From assembly GCA_045612885.1 (NCBI GenBank), contig JAZKZZ010000015.1, positions 5,431 through 69,430 on the forward strand: a stretch of DNA of 64,000 bases. The letters are read 5' to 3'. Of this stretch, positions 43,089 to 53,200 are shown in pieces. The stretch comes from Bacilli bacterium (lineage in GTDB: Bacteria > Bacillota_I > Bacilli_A > RFN20 > DUOF01). Under the pieces are notes generated by a model, which was given only the letters and a program-made list of their open reading frames with translations, was not told the DNA's origin and searched no databases. Both the position numbers and the translations under genes were made by a program. Position 1 is the stretch's first letter; the number at the start of each line of letters is the position of its first letter.

Positions 43089-44111
43089 CTACTTTAATTC
43101 ATATTTTATTTTACACTTTCCTTTTTTATAGTCAATATTAGCATATCCACCATTTATAATAGGAAAATTCGGACTTACATGTCCAAAATCAGCATCAATT
43201 ACTACAGGAATATTCATATCCTCAAGTTCACTATAATTCGCTTCCTTATAATTAACATCAAACATATCTTCTTTATTATTTGGTCTTCCAATTATTATAG
43301 CTTTAGCATATTTGAACCAACCGGCATGTTTAAGTTGCCATAAAGCTCTAGTTTGACCTAAAACGTTTAAATCACAACTCTCTATAAACCAAATAAATCC
43401 ATCATTTTTATATTTTTCAATAAATTCATTAACTTTATCATATTTAGTTCCACACAATGTCACTAAGATATCCAAACATCCAGCTAAAACTCTTCCTTCT
43501 ACATTAAAATTATCATGTTTAGAAAGAGTGCTCCAAACAGATTTTTCAGTCAAGTTATAACTATCTAGTTCTTGCCCTGGTATTTTTTTAGTAGACTCTA
43601 TTTCATATTTAGAATAATTCTTAATCGTAGGGATATCTCCTTTCAATATAGAGTAAGTTTCCTTAACATTATCATACCATTTTTTCATTCCAAACTCGGG
43701 AAAACATATTCCATATATACTAGTTACATTTGCGATAGTAGTTAGAGTAAAAGTTAAAATGGTATTATCGCTATAACCTAAAAACCATTTAGGTTCTATT
43801 TTAGATATTTTTTCAAAATCAATATAATCTAAAATTTCACACATTAATTCTCCACCAGCTTCACTAATAACTACATCAATATTTTCATCTTCATACACTG
43901 ACATAAATTCTTTAGCACGTACCTTAGCACTTGCACTTCTAGCTTTTTCCATTTTTCTAACACTTTCAGTCAGTACTACTTCATGCCCTTTTTTATTTAA
44001 TTTTTTTATCGCATTATCTAATCTTGATATATATGGTTCAATCGTAGAACCAAAACTAGGAGCACATACTCCTATAGTACCTTTTTTTGTTAAACTTTTA
44101 GGATATCTCAT
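43089..44111 (-). CDS. LD-carboxypeptidase (peptidase S66)
   Basis: Nucleophile motif LGYSDNT. Size 340 aa. Confidence 0.75.
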   Translation of the reverse strand: MRYPKSLTKKGTIGVCAPSFGSTIEPYISRLDNAIKKLNKKGHEVVLTESVRKMEKARSASAKVRAKEFMSVYEDENIDVVISEAGGELMCEILDYIDFEKISKIEPKWFLGYSDNTILTFTLTTIANVTSIYGICFPEFGMKKWYDNVKETYSILKGDIPTIKNYSKYEIESTKKIPGQELDSYNLTEKSVWSTLSKHDNFNVEGRVLAGCLDILVTLCGTKYDKVNEFIEKYKNDGFIWFIESCDLNVLGQTRALWQLKHAGWFKYAKAIIIGRPNNKEDMFDVNYKEANYSELEDMNIPVVIDADFGHVSPNFPIINGGYANIDYKKGKCKIKYELK

Positions 44112-44581
44112 ATTTTTCCCTCCAAATATTTATTTACTCTTGCAGGTACATACTTTTTAACACTCTTATTATACTTCAATAGTTCTCGAACAAAGCTAGA
44201 ACTTATAATTCCATACTTTCCTGCTCTAATATAGATAGTATCTATACCGATTAATTCCTCATTTATAGCAGCCAAATTTTCTTCATATTCATAATCCATC
44301 CCATTACGAACGCCCCTTACAAAATGAGTCGCACCAACAGATTTAGCACAATCGATTGTTAAACCAGAATAGGCAATAACTTCAACGTTAGATATTCCTT
44401 CATCTTTTAAAGATTCACTTATTATTTCTTTCATTTCGTCTTGTTTATAATATCTAGTTTTACCAGGATTAACACCAATACCCACATACACTTTATCAAA
44501 CAAGTTAGAAGCTTCTTTTACTACATGCATATGTCCATTGGTGAAAGGATCAAAACTCCCTGCATAAAAACATATTTTCAT
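44108..44581 (-). CDS. coaD: Phosphopantetheine adenylyltransferase
   Basis: FYAGSFDPFTNGHMHVV (H/TxGH motif). 157 aa. Confidence 0.9.
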   Translation of the reverse strand: MKICFYAGSFDPFTNGHMHVVKEASNLFDKVYVGIGVNPGKTRYYKQDEMKEIISESLKDEGISNVEVIAYSGLTIDCAKSVGATHFVRGVRNGMDYEYEENLAAINEELIGIDTIYIRAGKYGIISSSFVRELLKYNKSVKKYVPARVNKYLEGKI

Positions 44582-44906
44582 CCTACATCTCTCCTTTTCA
44601 TTTTATTTAGATTTCAATAGTATTTTTTTAAAACTATCTCAACTACATTTATTGAATCCCTTATGGCAATAATCAATGAAATAACCATGAATACCTTTCA
44701 TCCCTTCAACTGTAATGAATCTAAAAGATATCAATTATTGCACCATTTAATATCAATGAAGGTAGTAGTACACATTTTGATCATAGTCCTTTCATATATA
44801 AACCTTGTATAAATGTTAAATACATTACTGCAATAATTTTATCATGATTCTTATTCATTTCATATTAATATCAATAAAATATTCCTTGCTAAAATTCATC
44901 TAGAAA

Positions 44907-44927
44907 ATAAAAAAACCCCATTAGGGG
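44907..44927 (-). terminator. Terminator downstream of tRNA-Ser
   Basis: cccc-atta-gggg hairpin, followed by T8 on the minus strand. Confidence 0.65.
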
Positions 44928-44941
44928 ATTTTCTTTTAAAA

Positions 44942-45032
44942 TGGCGGAACAGGCGAGACTCGAACTCGCGCGCCAGTTTCCCGACCTATATCCTTAGCAG
45001 GGATACCTCTTCACCAACTTGAGTACTGTTCC
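44942..45032 (-). tRNA. tRNA-Ser (anticodon GCU), type II with a long variable arm, 91 nt, CCA encoded
   Basis: Hand-folded cloverleaf: acceptor stem GGAACAG/CTGTTCC; 3-bp D stem; anticodon loop CUGCUAA; 19-nt variable arm; T-loop TTCGAGT; discriminator G; CCA. Confidence 0.85.
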
Positions 45033-45086
45033 AAATTAATGCTCTTAGATATTAGCATACTTAAGAGCACTTTTCAACATTTAGTT

Positions 45087-46031
45087 TTATTTATTTTTAT
45101 TTAAATCATTAATAGCATCATTTAACATTTTTTTATGTTCTTTTAAGTATTCTTGATTAACATCTATACAGAAATCTCTGTAGTTTAATTCTATAAATAA
45201 TACCGCTGGGAACATAGATACAAAGAATACTAATGAACTTATTAAATCTAATGTTGTAGGTGAATAAACTGGATTAAGTGATAAAAGTACATAAGTAAGA
45301 ACAGTCAATCCTACTGGTAATAAGTACCATAAATGAACTAATGTAGACTTTAAATAGTATGCCCATCTTCTAGTATCTAATACTTTTTTAGTATGAGTTA
45401 ATACACCTTCCATAGACTTTCCTTCTAAGTTAGTTAAACGCAAAAAACTAATATAAGGCAAAATAGCTCTACTTAATTTCACTATATAAAATGTAAGTAG
45501 TGACACTACAAGCGCTATTCCCTGACAAATCATAATACCTTTCATAATTGCTTCATTTTTAAGCATTGAATTTATTAAATCCACAGATGTAGGATTATCC
45601 CCTAAAGAATTCATTAATGCTTCAACTTCTCCTCCAAGTGCAAAATCCATTACTACACCGCCAACTAAATTAGTAGCAAAGAATGCAATAAATGCAAACA
45701 AAATTGCCTTTGCGTTAGTAGTAAAAAATATTTTTACATATGAAGCAAAATTTAAATAACCACATATCATACTAAGCTTAAATCCATCAATTAAAGTTTC
45801 TCCAGACGCAGGACCAAACCAAATAAAATGCTTGAATCCCATAATGAATGGAATATCTACAAAGATAAAAATAAGGATAGCTAATAAAGGAATAAAATAT
45901 GCTACAACAAAAGTAACAAATAACATCAAACAAAATATTAATGATAATCCTAAATATTCTAACTTATTTTCCTTAAAAGATTTTCTTTTTAATGCTTCTT
46001 GAATTTTTTCTTCTATATTTAATTCAGGCAT
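45087..46031 (-). CDS. Polytopic membrane protein of unknown function (314 aa)
   Basis: Multiple TM helices and a charged C-terminal tail. Confidence 0.55.
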   Translation of the reverse strand: MPELNIEEKIQEALKRKSFKENKLEYLGLSLIFCLMLFVTFVVAYFIPLLAILIFIFVDIPFIMGFKHFIWFGPASGETLIDGFKLSMICGYLNFASYVKIFFTTNAKAILFAFIAFFATNLVGGVVMDFALGGEVEALMNSLGDNPTSVDLINSMLKNEAIMKGIMICQGIALVVSLLTFYIVKLSRAILPYISFLRLTNLEGKSMEGVLTHTKKVLDTRRWAYYLKSTLVHLWYLLPVGLTVLTYVLLSLNPVYSPTTLDLISSLVFFVSMFPAVLFIELNYRDFCIDVNQEYLKEHKKMLNDAINDLNKNK

Positions 46032-46152
46032 ATCATCACCTCGTGCTCTTTAATTATTGCAAAAATATCTTCAAAATACAATTGTTAAGAGCCTTAAAGT
46101 GATTTTTAAACATAATAAAACTCCAAGTATTTTAGACTTGGAGTAATCTTAA

Positions 46153-47160
46153 TTATTTATTCCATGAAACCTCAATACCATTAGCAATATCTAAATAAGT
46201 ATTCACAGTTAAACTATCACCATAAATCACTACTTCTACATTGTTATAAATATAACTAACTTTATTATCCTCTAATATACCAAAACCATTAATAGTCATA
46301 ACAAGTTCTCCGTTTGTATCTATGATTTCTAATTCACTATAACTACTACATACTCTTTCTAAAACAGTGAAATTACTATCTCCTGAATACACTAACATAT
46401 GTAATTCTTCACCATCTATTTTAGTAGTTACATTATCTTTTAATTCAATATTTAAATCACTTCCTGTTAAAAGTAAAGGTAATTCAAATTCTTTTTCTTC
46501 TCCTCCACTAACAAGATTTTCTCTAGCAGCCACCATATTTTTATCCACATCAAAGTAATTCTCTTCAAAAGTAATTCCTGTTTCAACTTTAGTAAAAGTA
46601 ACTTTTGCTAAAACTTCGTCTTTTTCATTATAAAGATTTACCCATAAAGGAATTAATTCATTACTAAATTTTATTTCTTGTTTTGAATATGCTGGTGAAT
46701 TTTTAAATTCTATATCGCTTACCACTACAAAACCATCATCTAACTTTTCAATATCATAATCACCATTAAAGACATCTAATAAAGATTGATAAATATATGG
46801 CTTAGCGCTGTTAAGTGGCCAGCCAGATTTAAAATTATAAGCTTGATTTAAACTAGGAGTTAAGACATATACTCCCTCTTTATTTCTAAGCATAATTTGT
46901 TCTTGATTTATATTTGTATCATATAAACTAACTCTAAATAAATCATTCTCACCATCTTTTAAATAAGATACTTTTACGGTAAAGTTTCTTTTTTCTTCAC
47001 CATTTATTAATTCCATATTTGCTTCTAAACTATAAGAATTTAAATTTTCTGTTACATTTTCTAGTTTGTCATTAATTGTTTCCTCACTAAAAAATATTTT
47101 CCACACTCCCAATCCAATTAATAATAATATTACAACTGAAATTATTATTTTTTTTACCAT
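46153..47160 (-). CDS. Membrane-anchored hypothetical protein (335 aa)
   Basis: N-terminal signal anchor MVKKIIISVVILLLIGLGVW. Large beta-rich ectodomain. Confidence 0.55.
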   Translation of the reverse strand: MVKKIIISVVILLLIGLGVWKIFFSEETINDKLENVTENLNSYSLEANMELINGEEKRNFTVKVSYLKDGENDLFRVSLYDTNINQEQIMLRNKEGVYVLTPSLNQAYNFKSGWPLNSAKPYIYQSLLDVFNGDYDIEKLDDGFVVVSDIEFKNSPAYSKQEIKFSNELIPLWVNLYNEKDEVLAKVTFTKVETGITFEENYFDVDKNMVAARENLVSGGEEKEFELPLLLTGSDLNIELKDNVTTKIDGEELHMLVYSGDSNFTVLERVCSSYSELEIIDTNGELVMTINGFGILEDNKVSYIYNNVEVVIYGDSLTVNTYLDIANGIEVSWNK

Positions 47161-47264
47161 TATTTTCCCTTCCTTCTCTAATTAATACTTATGCTTTTAA
47201 AATAAAAAAAATGATGCATTATTTTAAAAAAACTACACATATTAATTATAAAGGGAGGTAAATT

Positions 47265-47498
47265 ATGAATATTTTGCAAAAATCTTGTCTATTTTTTACA
47301 ATAGTTGGTGCTATTAACTGGGGGCTTATTGGATTATTCAATTTTGATTTAGTTGCAACATTGTTTGGACCTATGTCTGTTGTATCTAGAGTAATCTATA
47401 CAATCGTAGGTATAGCTGGTCTTGTAAATATCATTTTATTCTTTGTAGATTTAGATGATGTGACAGTGTTAGAAACACCAAGAGCAAACGCTCGTTAA
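47265..47498 (+). CDS. DUF378-family small membrane protein
   Basis: Characteristic IVGAINWGLIGLFNFDLVA motif. Two TM helices. 77 aa. Confidence 0.7.
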   Translation: MNILQKSCLFFTIVGAINWGLIGLFNFDLVATLFGPMSVVSRVIYTIVGIAGLVNIILFFVDLDDVTVLETPRANAR

Positions 47499-47556
47499 TT
47501 TAGACATTTACATAAAAATAAATAGACAAATAACATTTTATTATTTGTCTTTTTTA

Positions 47557-47796
47557 TTATATTTTGGCTAAATTTCTATTTTTATACCTTTCATCATCAC
47601 TAACTTCTTTAATCAATTTAACAAACTGAGGAATTTGTACTTTTTGATCTTCTACTCTTAATTCAACTTCCATTATTGCCATATTTTTCCAAAAAGGAAA
47701 AATATCAATTTCATAATAAATATCTTTGTACATTATACAATATCTAGATTTTTTTATTTGCTTATATTTAGAAACTTGTTTCATAAGCAATTCCAA
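47557..47796 (-). CDS. Small hypothetical protein (75-79 aa). The start may be the internal ATG rather than the tracked TTG.
   Basis: ORF preceded by a strong promoter-like element and a GGAGGG Shine-Dalgarno. Confidence 0.45.
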   Translation of the reverse strand: MELLMKQVSKYKQIKKSRYCIMYKDIYYEIDIFPFWKNMAIMEVELRVEDQKVQIPQFVKLIKEVSDDERYKNRNLAKI

Positions 47797-47815
47797 ATAT
47801 TCATCTTATCCCTCC

Positions 47816-47843
47816 ATTATACCATTACCTATAGACTTTTCAA
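47816..47843 (-). promoter_or_regulatory. Near-consensus sigma-A promoter (TTGAAA-16-TGgTATAAT) driving the small ORF
   Basis: Read on the minus strand: ttgaaa, 16-nt spacer, then an extended -10 tggtataat, then ggaggg. Confidence 0.55.
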
Positions 47844-47888
47844 TTTCACTTTTGTCGAATATTGGTAGAAAAAAAGTAATGAATTAAC

Positions 47889-48554
47889 TCATTCACTACT
47901 TTTTTTCTTTTCATTTAGTGTCTTATAAGTAACTAACGATTCACTATGATAATCATATATTTTTTGAGTAGCTTCTTCGATTGATTTAACAGTGAAACTA
48001 TTTAAACTACTCTTCTTTTCATATCTTTCTATACTTTTTTCAAAATCATGTTCTAATAATACCAATTCTCTAGGTTTGCTAGAAACAATTTTACTTGCTA
48101 CTACTGGTCTAGATAAAAATACAACATTTACAAAATCTTCCATTTTATCATCTAAAAGATTGGCTAGTATTCTTATTCTTTTTTCATTATTTTTCAAAGG
48201 ATTTTCTAAGTGTATAAGCTTATCTCTTCTATATAGTAGCCACTTTTCATCACTAGTATCAGCACATAAATATCCATAATAACATTTACTAGTTATTACA
48301 TAAATATATTTATTCCCGAACATAATATGCTCTATCTTAATAAATTTATCTTCTCTTACTTGGATAACAACATTACTAAGAAGTGGAAAATCATGATCTA
48401 TAGCAAATTTTTTCAATTTAGACGATACTCTTTTATTTTTAAACAAACTTGATAATACATTAGCGATATCTTCAAAAAAGATAAATATCAAAGTTATTAT
48501 TAAAAATCTAATAAAGAAGAATATAGTACTCCATAATGCTGCTTGCGATATCAT
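47889..48554 (-). CDS. NERD-domain (nuclease-related domain) protein with an N-terminal TM anchor
   Basis: Hydrophobic N-terminus, then IDHDFPLLSNVV...KIEHIMFGNKYIYVITSKCYYGYLCADTSDEKWL...NPL.. resembling the NERD core. Confidence 0.55.
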   Translation of the reverse strand: MISQAALWSTIFFFIRFLIITLIFIFFEDIANVLSSLFKNKRVSSKLKKFAIDHDFPLLSNVVIQVREDKFIKIEHIMFGNKYIYVITSKCYYGYLCADTSDEKWLLYRRDKLIHLENPLKNNEKRIRILANLLDDKMEDFVNVVFLSRPVVASKIVSSKPRELVLLEHDFEKSIERYEKKSSLNSFTVKSIEEATQKIYDYHSESLVTYKTLNEKKKSSE

Positions 48555-48556
48555 AA

Positions 48557-49267
48557 TTAAGCCTCCAATGCAGTCTCTAAAGCAATCTCCATCATAGTCT
48601 TAAATCCATTTTCTCTTTCAAGTGGTGTTGTTTCTTCTTTGCTTACTAAGCTATCACTTACGCTCATAATTGTTAATGCTTTTTTATTTAATCTACTAGC
48701 ATTAATATATAAAGCATAACTTTCCATCTCTGCTGCTAGAACATTTAATTTAGACCATTTTTTCCAATAATCTCTATCCTCATCATAGAATATATCTGTA
48801 GTTAAAACATTACCAAAATGAGTTTTAACTGGATATTTTTTACTAACATAATCACAAATTCTAAGTAAACCAAAATCTGCACAAGCACTATAAGTACCAT
48901 TTAAATTAAATTGACTAGCATAATTAGAGTTACTGCTAGCTGCAACTGCAACAACGATATCCCTAACATGCACATTTTCTTTATATGAACCACATGTACC
49001 AACTCTAATAATAGTATCCACATCATATACGCTATATAACTCATATGAATATATTCCCATTGATGGAACTCCCATTCCACTTCCCATAACACTTATTTCT
49101 TTACCTTTATAAGTACCTGTAAAACAATACATGTTTCTAACTTCATTAACTAGTTTTACATCACTTAGATAATTATCTGCAATATACTTGGCACGTAATG
49201 GATCTCCACACATTAAAACTACCTTCGCAATTTCTCCTACTTTTGCTTTATTGTGAGCTGTTGACAT
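48557..49267 (-). CDS. deoD: Purine nucleoside phosphorylase, DeoD type
   Basis: PNP family-1 motifs (VLMCGDPLRAKYIA, GSGMGVPS, AAEMES). 236 aa. Confidence 0.9.
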   Translation of the reverse strand: MSTAHNKAKVGEIAKVVLMCGDPLRAKYIADNYLSDVKLVNEVRNMYCFTGTYKGKEISVMGSGMGVPSMGIYSYELYSVYDVDTIIRVGTCGSYKENVHVRDIVVAVAASSNSNYASQFNLNGTYSACADFGLLRICDYVSKKYPVKTHFGNVLTTDIFYDEDRDYWKKWSKLNVLAAEMESYALYINASRLNKKALTIMSVSDSLVSKEETTPLERENGFKTMMEIALETALEA

Positions 49268-49268
49268 A

Positions 49269-49733
49269 TTAAATATCCTCCTTTATATCTATAACTTTAG
49301 TTTTAGAAAAAACATCTGCTAAACTCTTTCTATCTTCTCTTACTACCATAATAATAAATGAAACAAAACTTGATATTCCAAGAGATACAGTCCTTACTAA
49401 AATTCTACAAATTGCTTCTCTAAAAAACAACACTTTATAATCTACATCTTTATCTTCTTCATCTACAACTTTAATTTTAAACACTTTTTTCCCTATTGTT
49501 TGTCCCTTAAAAAACATTGGTATCAAGATATAATAAAATAATAAGAACAAAGCATAAACTATACCAACTCTTAAAACTTTAATAATCATGTATGCGTTAA
49601 TCGAAAAATCTTTAATTATAGCATACAATAATTGTGGCCACACACCAATAAGCAATAGAAACATAACCCAAAAAATAATTAAATTATCTAGAATAGTTGC
49701 CATAACTCTATGTCTAATCTTGGCTAATTTCAT
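49269..49733 (-). CDS. RDD-family membrane protein
   Basis: GQTIGKKVFKIKVV motif. Three TM helices. Confidence 0.6.
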   Translation of the reverse strand: MKLAKIRHRVMATILDNLIIFWVMFLLLIGVWPQLLYAIIKDFSINAYMIIKVLRVGIVYALFLLFYYILIPMFFKGQTIGKKVFKIKVVDEEDKDVDYKVLFFREAICRILVRTVSLGISSFVSFIIMVVREDRKSLADVFSKTKVIDIKEDI

Positions 49734-49747
49734 GCTTTCCCTCCTAA

Positions 49748-51124
49748 CTAAAATAATGGTAATAAAAATGATGTAGCAATTCCAAAATAAATTAGAATCG
49801 CAATTGCATCAGCAATAGTAGTAACTAAAGGTCCGGCCATTAAAGCTGGATCTAGTTTTAATGCTTTTGCAATAATTGGTAATGTTGTAGCAATCATTTT
49901 TGCTACTATTACAACAGAGCAAATACTAATAGCTACCACTAAGAACACTTGATGAGTATTAACATCTACATTAACAATTCCTAATAATTGTTCTACCCAT
50001 AACCATCCATAACATACTAAAGCTAAGGAAACTCCTACCATCATTCCCACTAAAATTTCTTTAAATAATGCCTTAAGAAAATCTTTTACTTCTATTGTTC
50101 CTAAAGATAATCCTCTTATTAACAAAGCTGTAGTTTGACTACCAGCGTTACCAGCTGTAGCGGTAATCATTGGCATGAAAGTAGCAAGACAAGCAACAGT
50201 AGCAATAGCTCCTTCTGCTTTACTTAAAATAATAGCACTAAAAGTAGTAGCAAATAATAATACAATTAACCACCCTATTCTTTTAGTAAACATTTTAAAA
50301 GCACTTACTTCAAAATATTCTTCATCAAGTGGAACCATAGTAGCCATCTTTTCAATATCCTCTGTTGCTTCTTCTTCGATAACATCGATAATATCATCAG
50401 CAGTAATAATACCTAGCATTTTATTATCTTTATTAGTCACCGCAATTGAACTTAAATCATACTTTTTAAATGTAGCAGCAACCTCTTCTTTATCATCATC
50501 AACACAAACACTAATAATATCTTTCTCCATAATTTCACTAATTAAAACATCATCTTCTGCAACAAGAATTTCTTTTAAAGAAATATAACCAATCAAATCT
50601 CTTTTAGAGTTAATAACGTAACTATAAGAAATAGTTTCTACTTCTTTTGCATATTCTCTAATCTTTTTTATAGCACTACTACAAGTATCGGTTTGCTTTA
50701 ATTCAACATACTCTATATTCATCATTGTACCAGCACTATCTTCTCTATAACTTAGTAATTTATTAATATCTGAACGTAAACTTTTATCAATTGATCCTAA
50801 TATTTTTCTTACGATATTAGCAGGCATGTCTTCAATTACATCGACAATTTCATCACTATATAACTCTTCTAAAATCTTTTTTAAATCTGCAACTTTTAGA
50901 GATTCAATAATCTCTTCTTGATAATCTTCATTTAAATATGTAAAAACATCTGCAGTCAAAGATGAAGGGACAGTAGTAAAAGAAAATATTGCTTTCTTTA
51001 CTGGTAAACTTTCAAGTAATTCTGCTATATCAACACTATTATATTCATCAAATATCTTTCTAAGCGATTTTACATCTCTAGAATCTATTACCGTTAATAA
51101 CCTTTCTAAAGTCAACTCTTCCAT
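49748..51124 (-). CDS. mgtE: Magnesium transporter MgtE
   Basis: N-terminal MgtE_N domain, tandem CBS domains, C-terminal 5-TM MgtE domain. 458 aa. Confidence 0.9.
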   Translation of the reverse strand: MEELTLERLLTVIDSRDVKSLRKIFDEYNSVDIAELLESLPVKKAIFSFTTVPSSLTADVFTYLNEDYQEEIIESLKVADLKKILEELYSDEIVDVIEDMPANIVRKILGSIDKSLRSDINKLLSYREDSAGTMMNIEYVELKQTDTCSSAIKKIREYAKEVETISYSYVINSKRDLIGYISLKEILVAEDDVLISEIMEKDIISVCVDDDKEEVAATFKKYDLSSIAVTNKDNKMLGIITADDIIDVIEEEATEDIEKMATMVPLDEEYFEVSAFKMFTKRIGWLIVLLFATTFSAIILSKAEGAIATVACLATFMPMITATAGNAGSQTTALLIRGLSLGTIEVKDFLKALFKEILVGMMVGVSLALVCYGWLWVEQLLGIVNVDVNTHQVFLVVAISICSVVIVAKMIATTLPIIAKALKLDPALMAGPLVTTIADAIAILIYFGIATSFLLPLF

Positions 51125-51221
51125 ACAATCTCCTCCATTACATAATTATACTATAATTAAATAAAAATCGATTCGTTAGAGTTTATTTTTTATTAAAATT
51201 AAAAAATCCTCCTAAGAGGAC

Positions 51222-52103
51222 TTATCTTTTTTTATTTTGTATAATTTCTTTTTCTAATATTTCTAAATTCATTTTAATTGCTTTCATGTCACTAGCAAAC
51301 AACACTTTTTCTAATTCTTTGATATGTTTTTTAAAATCTTCATATGATTCATTCACTAACTTTAATCCTTCATCTATTTCACGATCAATTATCAATGTTA
51401 ATCCATAATACATCTTTGCACTAATAGAACCGTTATTCATTCCTTGTTCATACTTATATTGAGCATATCCATACGCATCAAAATCGGTAATGATTGGTCT
51501 TTTACCCTCTAGTACTCTTTTTGCACTTTCCACTAAATCAGCAAATCCATAATATAATTCTCCTAGTAATGTTGGTGCCTCTTGACTTTTATAAAATACT
51601 GATATTGCAATTTTTTCACCTTTTTTAGTATCTCCTAATCTATCTTCTAAATCAGCTAAATCTAAATAGGCATCATAATACCCTTTACTTTTAGCGTTTT
51701 CAAAGCACTTTTTAGCTTTTTGATAAAACTTTTCTTTAGCTTCTAAATTTTTAGTATTCATACATAAATATCCATATGCTTTACCTTCTATTGAATCCAA
51801 AAATCCTCTAGCACTTTTAGAAAAATTTCTTTTAAATGCGTATCTTCTTTGAATTAATTCAATAGTCTTTATAACTTTAAGTGGAGAATTCTCTTGTAAC
51901 GCTAAAGAAACAAAGGCAAAAGTTGGCATATTGCTAACTTTATCGCTTGTTATTTCTTCTTTACTAGGATTTCTTAATTTGATTTCGTTCTCTAACCTTG
52001 CAGTAAAGCCAGGTATTGCTACATCTAACGCTAAATCTTCATTGGTCAATTTCACTTTTTTCATGTACATCACCTGACTTAATTTTAATACAACTATATT
52101 CAC
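51222..52103 (-). CDS. Hypothetical protein, possibly Sel1/TPR-like (293 aa)
   Basis: A..YY..A weak repeats. No TM segments. Confidence 0.45.
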   Translation of the reverse strand: MNIVVLKLSQVMYMKKVKLTNEDLALDVAIPGFTARLENEIKLRNPSKEEITSDKVSNMPTFAFVSLALQENSPLKVIKTIELIQRRYAFKRNFSKSARGFLDSIEGKAYGYLCMNTKNLEAKEKFYQKAKKCFENAKSKGYYDAYLDLADLEDRLGDTKKGEKIAISVFYKSQEAPTLLGELYYGFADLVESAKRVLEGKRPIITDFDAYGYAQYKYEQGMNNGSISAKMYYGLTLIIDREIDEGLKLVNESYEDFKKHIKELEKVLFASDMKAIKMNLEILEKEIIQNKKR

Positions 52104-52113
52104 ATTTCAATTA

Positions 52114-53187
52114 TTATTTTATTGTAAAGATTATATTTCTTTCTATTAACTCGTTACTCTTATTGGAAAAGAAAATATCCCGCTTAGCTTCCCTTATCAC
52201 GATATCTAATATTTCTAAAAAATCATATTTATGATCCCATAAATAAAACGAATATGAACCCGGTATTGCATTTATTTCATTAACATACAATTTATCTTTA
52301 TACAAATAATCTATCCTTATTACCCCACTACCATTAAATTCCTTATATATTCTTTTACTTGTTTCCTCTATTTCATTCTTTAATTTTTCATCTATCTTTT
52401 TAGAACTTTTTTTCCTTTTTTTATTAGCTAATCCTTTCTTTTTATTACCACTCAAATATTTTTCTTCAAAAGTAAATATTTCACTCTTCAATACCTCTTC
52501 AATCTTGCTAGTTTCAATAACGCCTCCATTATTTATCACGGATATATTATATTCACTAGAACCCTCTAAATAATCTTCTACAATAATTTCATCGTCTATC
52601 CTAAAAGCATATGAAATAGCCTTTTCTAATTCAATAAAATTATTAGCAATTGTAATCCCTAAAGACGATCCTAAATTATTAGGCTTAACTATGCATGGAA
52701 ATGTGAAATCTTCTCCTTTATATTCATCACCTCTAGAAATCACTTTATATTTAACATTATTTATCCCTAATCCATCTAACACTTTTTTTGTCATAGCTTT
52801 ATTTTGAGCCAACGAATAAAAAAGTGAATTATTTCCTACTATTGGAAATCCCTTAAACTTAAAATAACTTAGTACACTTCCATCTTCACATCCTTTTCCA
52901 TGAACAATAGGAAAAATTAAATCAAAATAAGTCCTAGCTCCCTTTAAATAAAATCCTTTTTGAGTCTTTATAAAGTTAACTTTATTTTTCTTCTTTAAAA
53001 TTTTCTTTCCTGATTTAAAATAATCCACACTCTGCATCTTCTTATCATAATAAAACTCATTATCCTTAGAAATATACACTGGAGTAACATCATACTTAAT
53101 TTTTAAAGCCTCTATAACCTGAAAAGCACTTATAATACTTATTTCATGCTCTACACTTTTTCCACCAAACAGTACCACTATATTCAT
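52114..53187 (-). CDS. ddl: D-alanine--D-alanine ligase
   Basis: MNIVVLFGGKSVEHEISIISA N-terminus. ATP-grasp motifs. Confidence 0.9.
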   Translation of the reverse strand: MNIVVLFGGKSVEHEISIISAFQVIEALKIKYDVTPVYISKDNEFYYDKKMQSVDYFKSGKKILKKKNKVNFIKTQKGFYLKGARTYFDLIFPIVHGKGCEDGSVLSYFKFKGFPIVGNNSLFYSLAQNKAMTKKVLDGLGINNVKYKVISRGDEYKGEDFTFPCIVKPNNLGSSLGITIANNFIELEKAISYAFRIDDEIIVEDYLEGSSEYNISVINNGGVIETSKIEEVLKSEIFTFEEKYLSGNKKKGLANKKRKKSSKKIDEKLKNEIEETSKRIYKEFNGSGVIRIDYLYKDKLYVNEINAIPGSYSFYLWDHKYDFLEILDIVIREAKRDIFFSNKSNELIERNIIFTIK

Positions 53188-53200
53188 AAAAACATCCCCT

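Noticed and set aside
45041-45075. Hairpin gctctta-N13-taagagc just upstream of tRNA-Ser, as a possible terminator for the 314-aa membrane protein gene
   Set aside because: The stem is short, the loop is long and there is no convincing T-run in the minus direction. It may equally be part of the tRNA promoter region.
47557-47888. Possible frameshifted CYTH-domain remnant around the 79-aa ORF
   Set aside because: Only a vague EIEK/EVEL resemblance. This is not enough to call a pseudogene, so it is kept as a small hypothetical ORF with a strong promoter.
51125-51221. Possible M-box (ykoK) Mg2+ riboswitch upstream of mgtE
   Set aside because: The leader is only ~95 nt and is mostly taken up by the upstream gene's terminator. 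That is far too short for the ~160-nt M-box aptamer.
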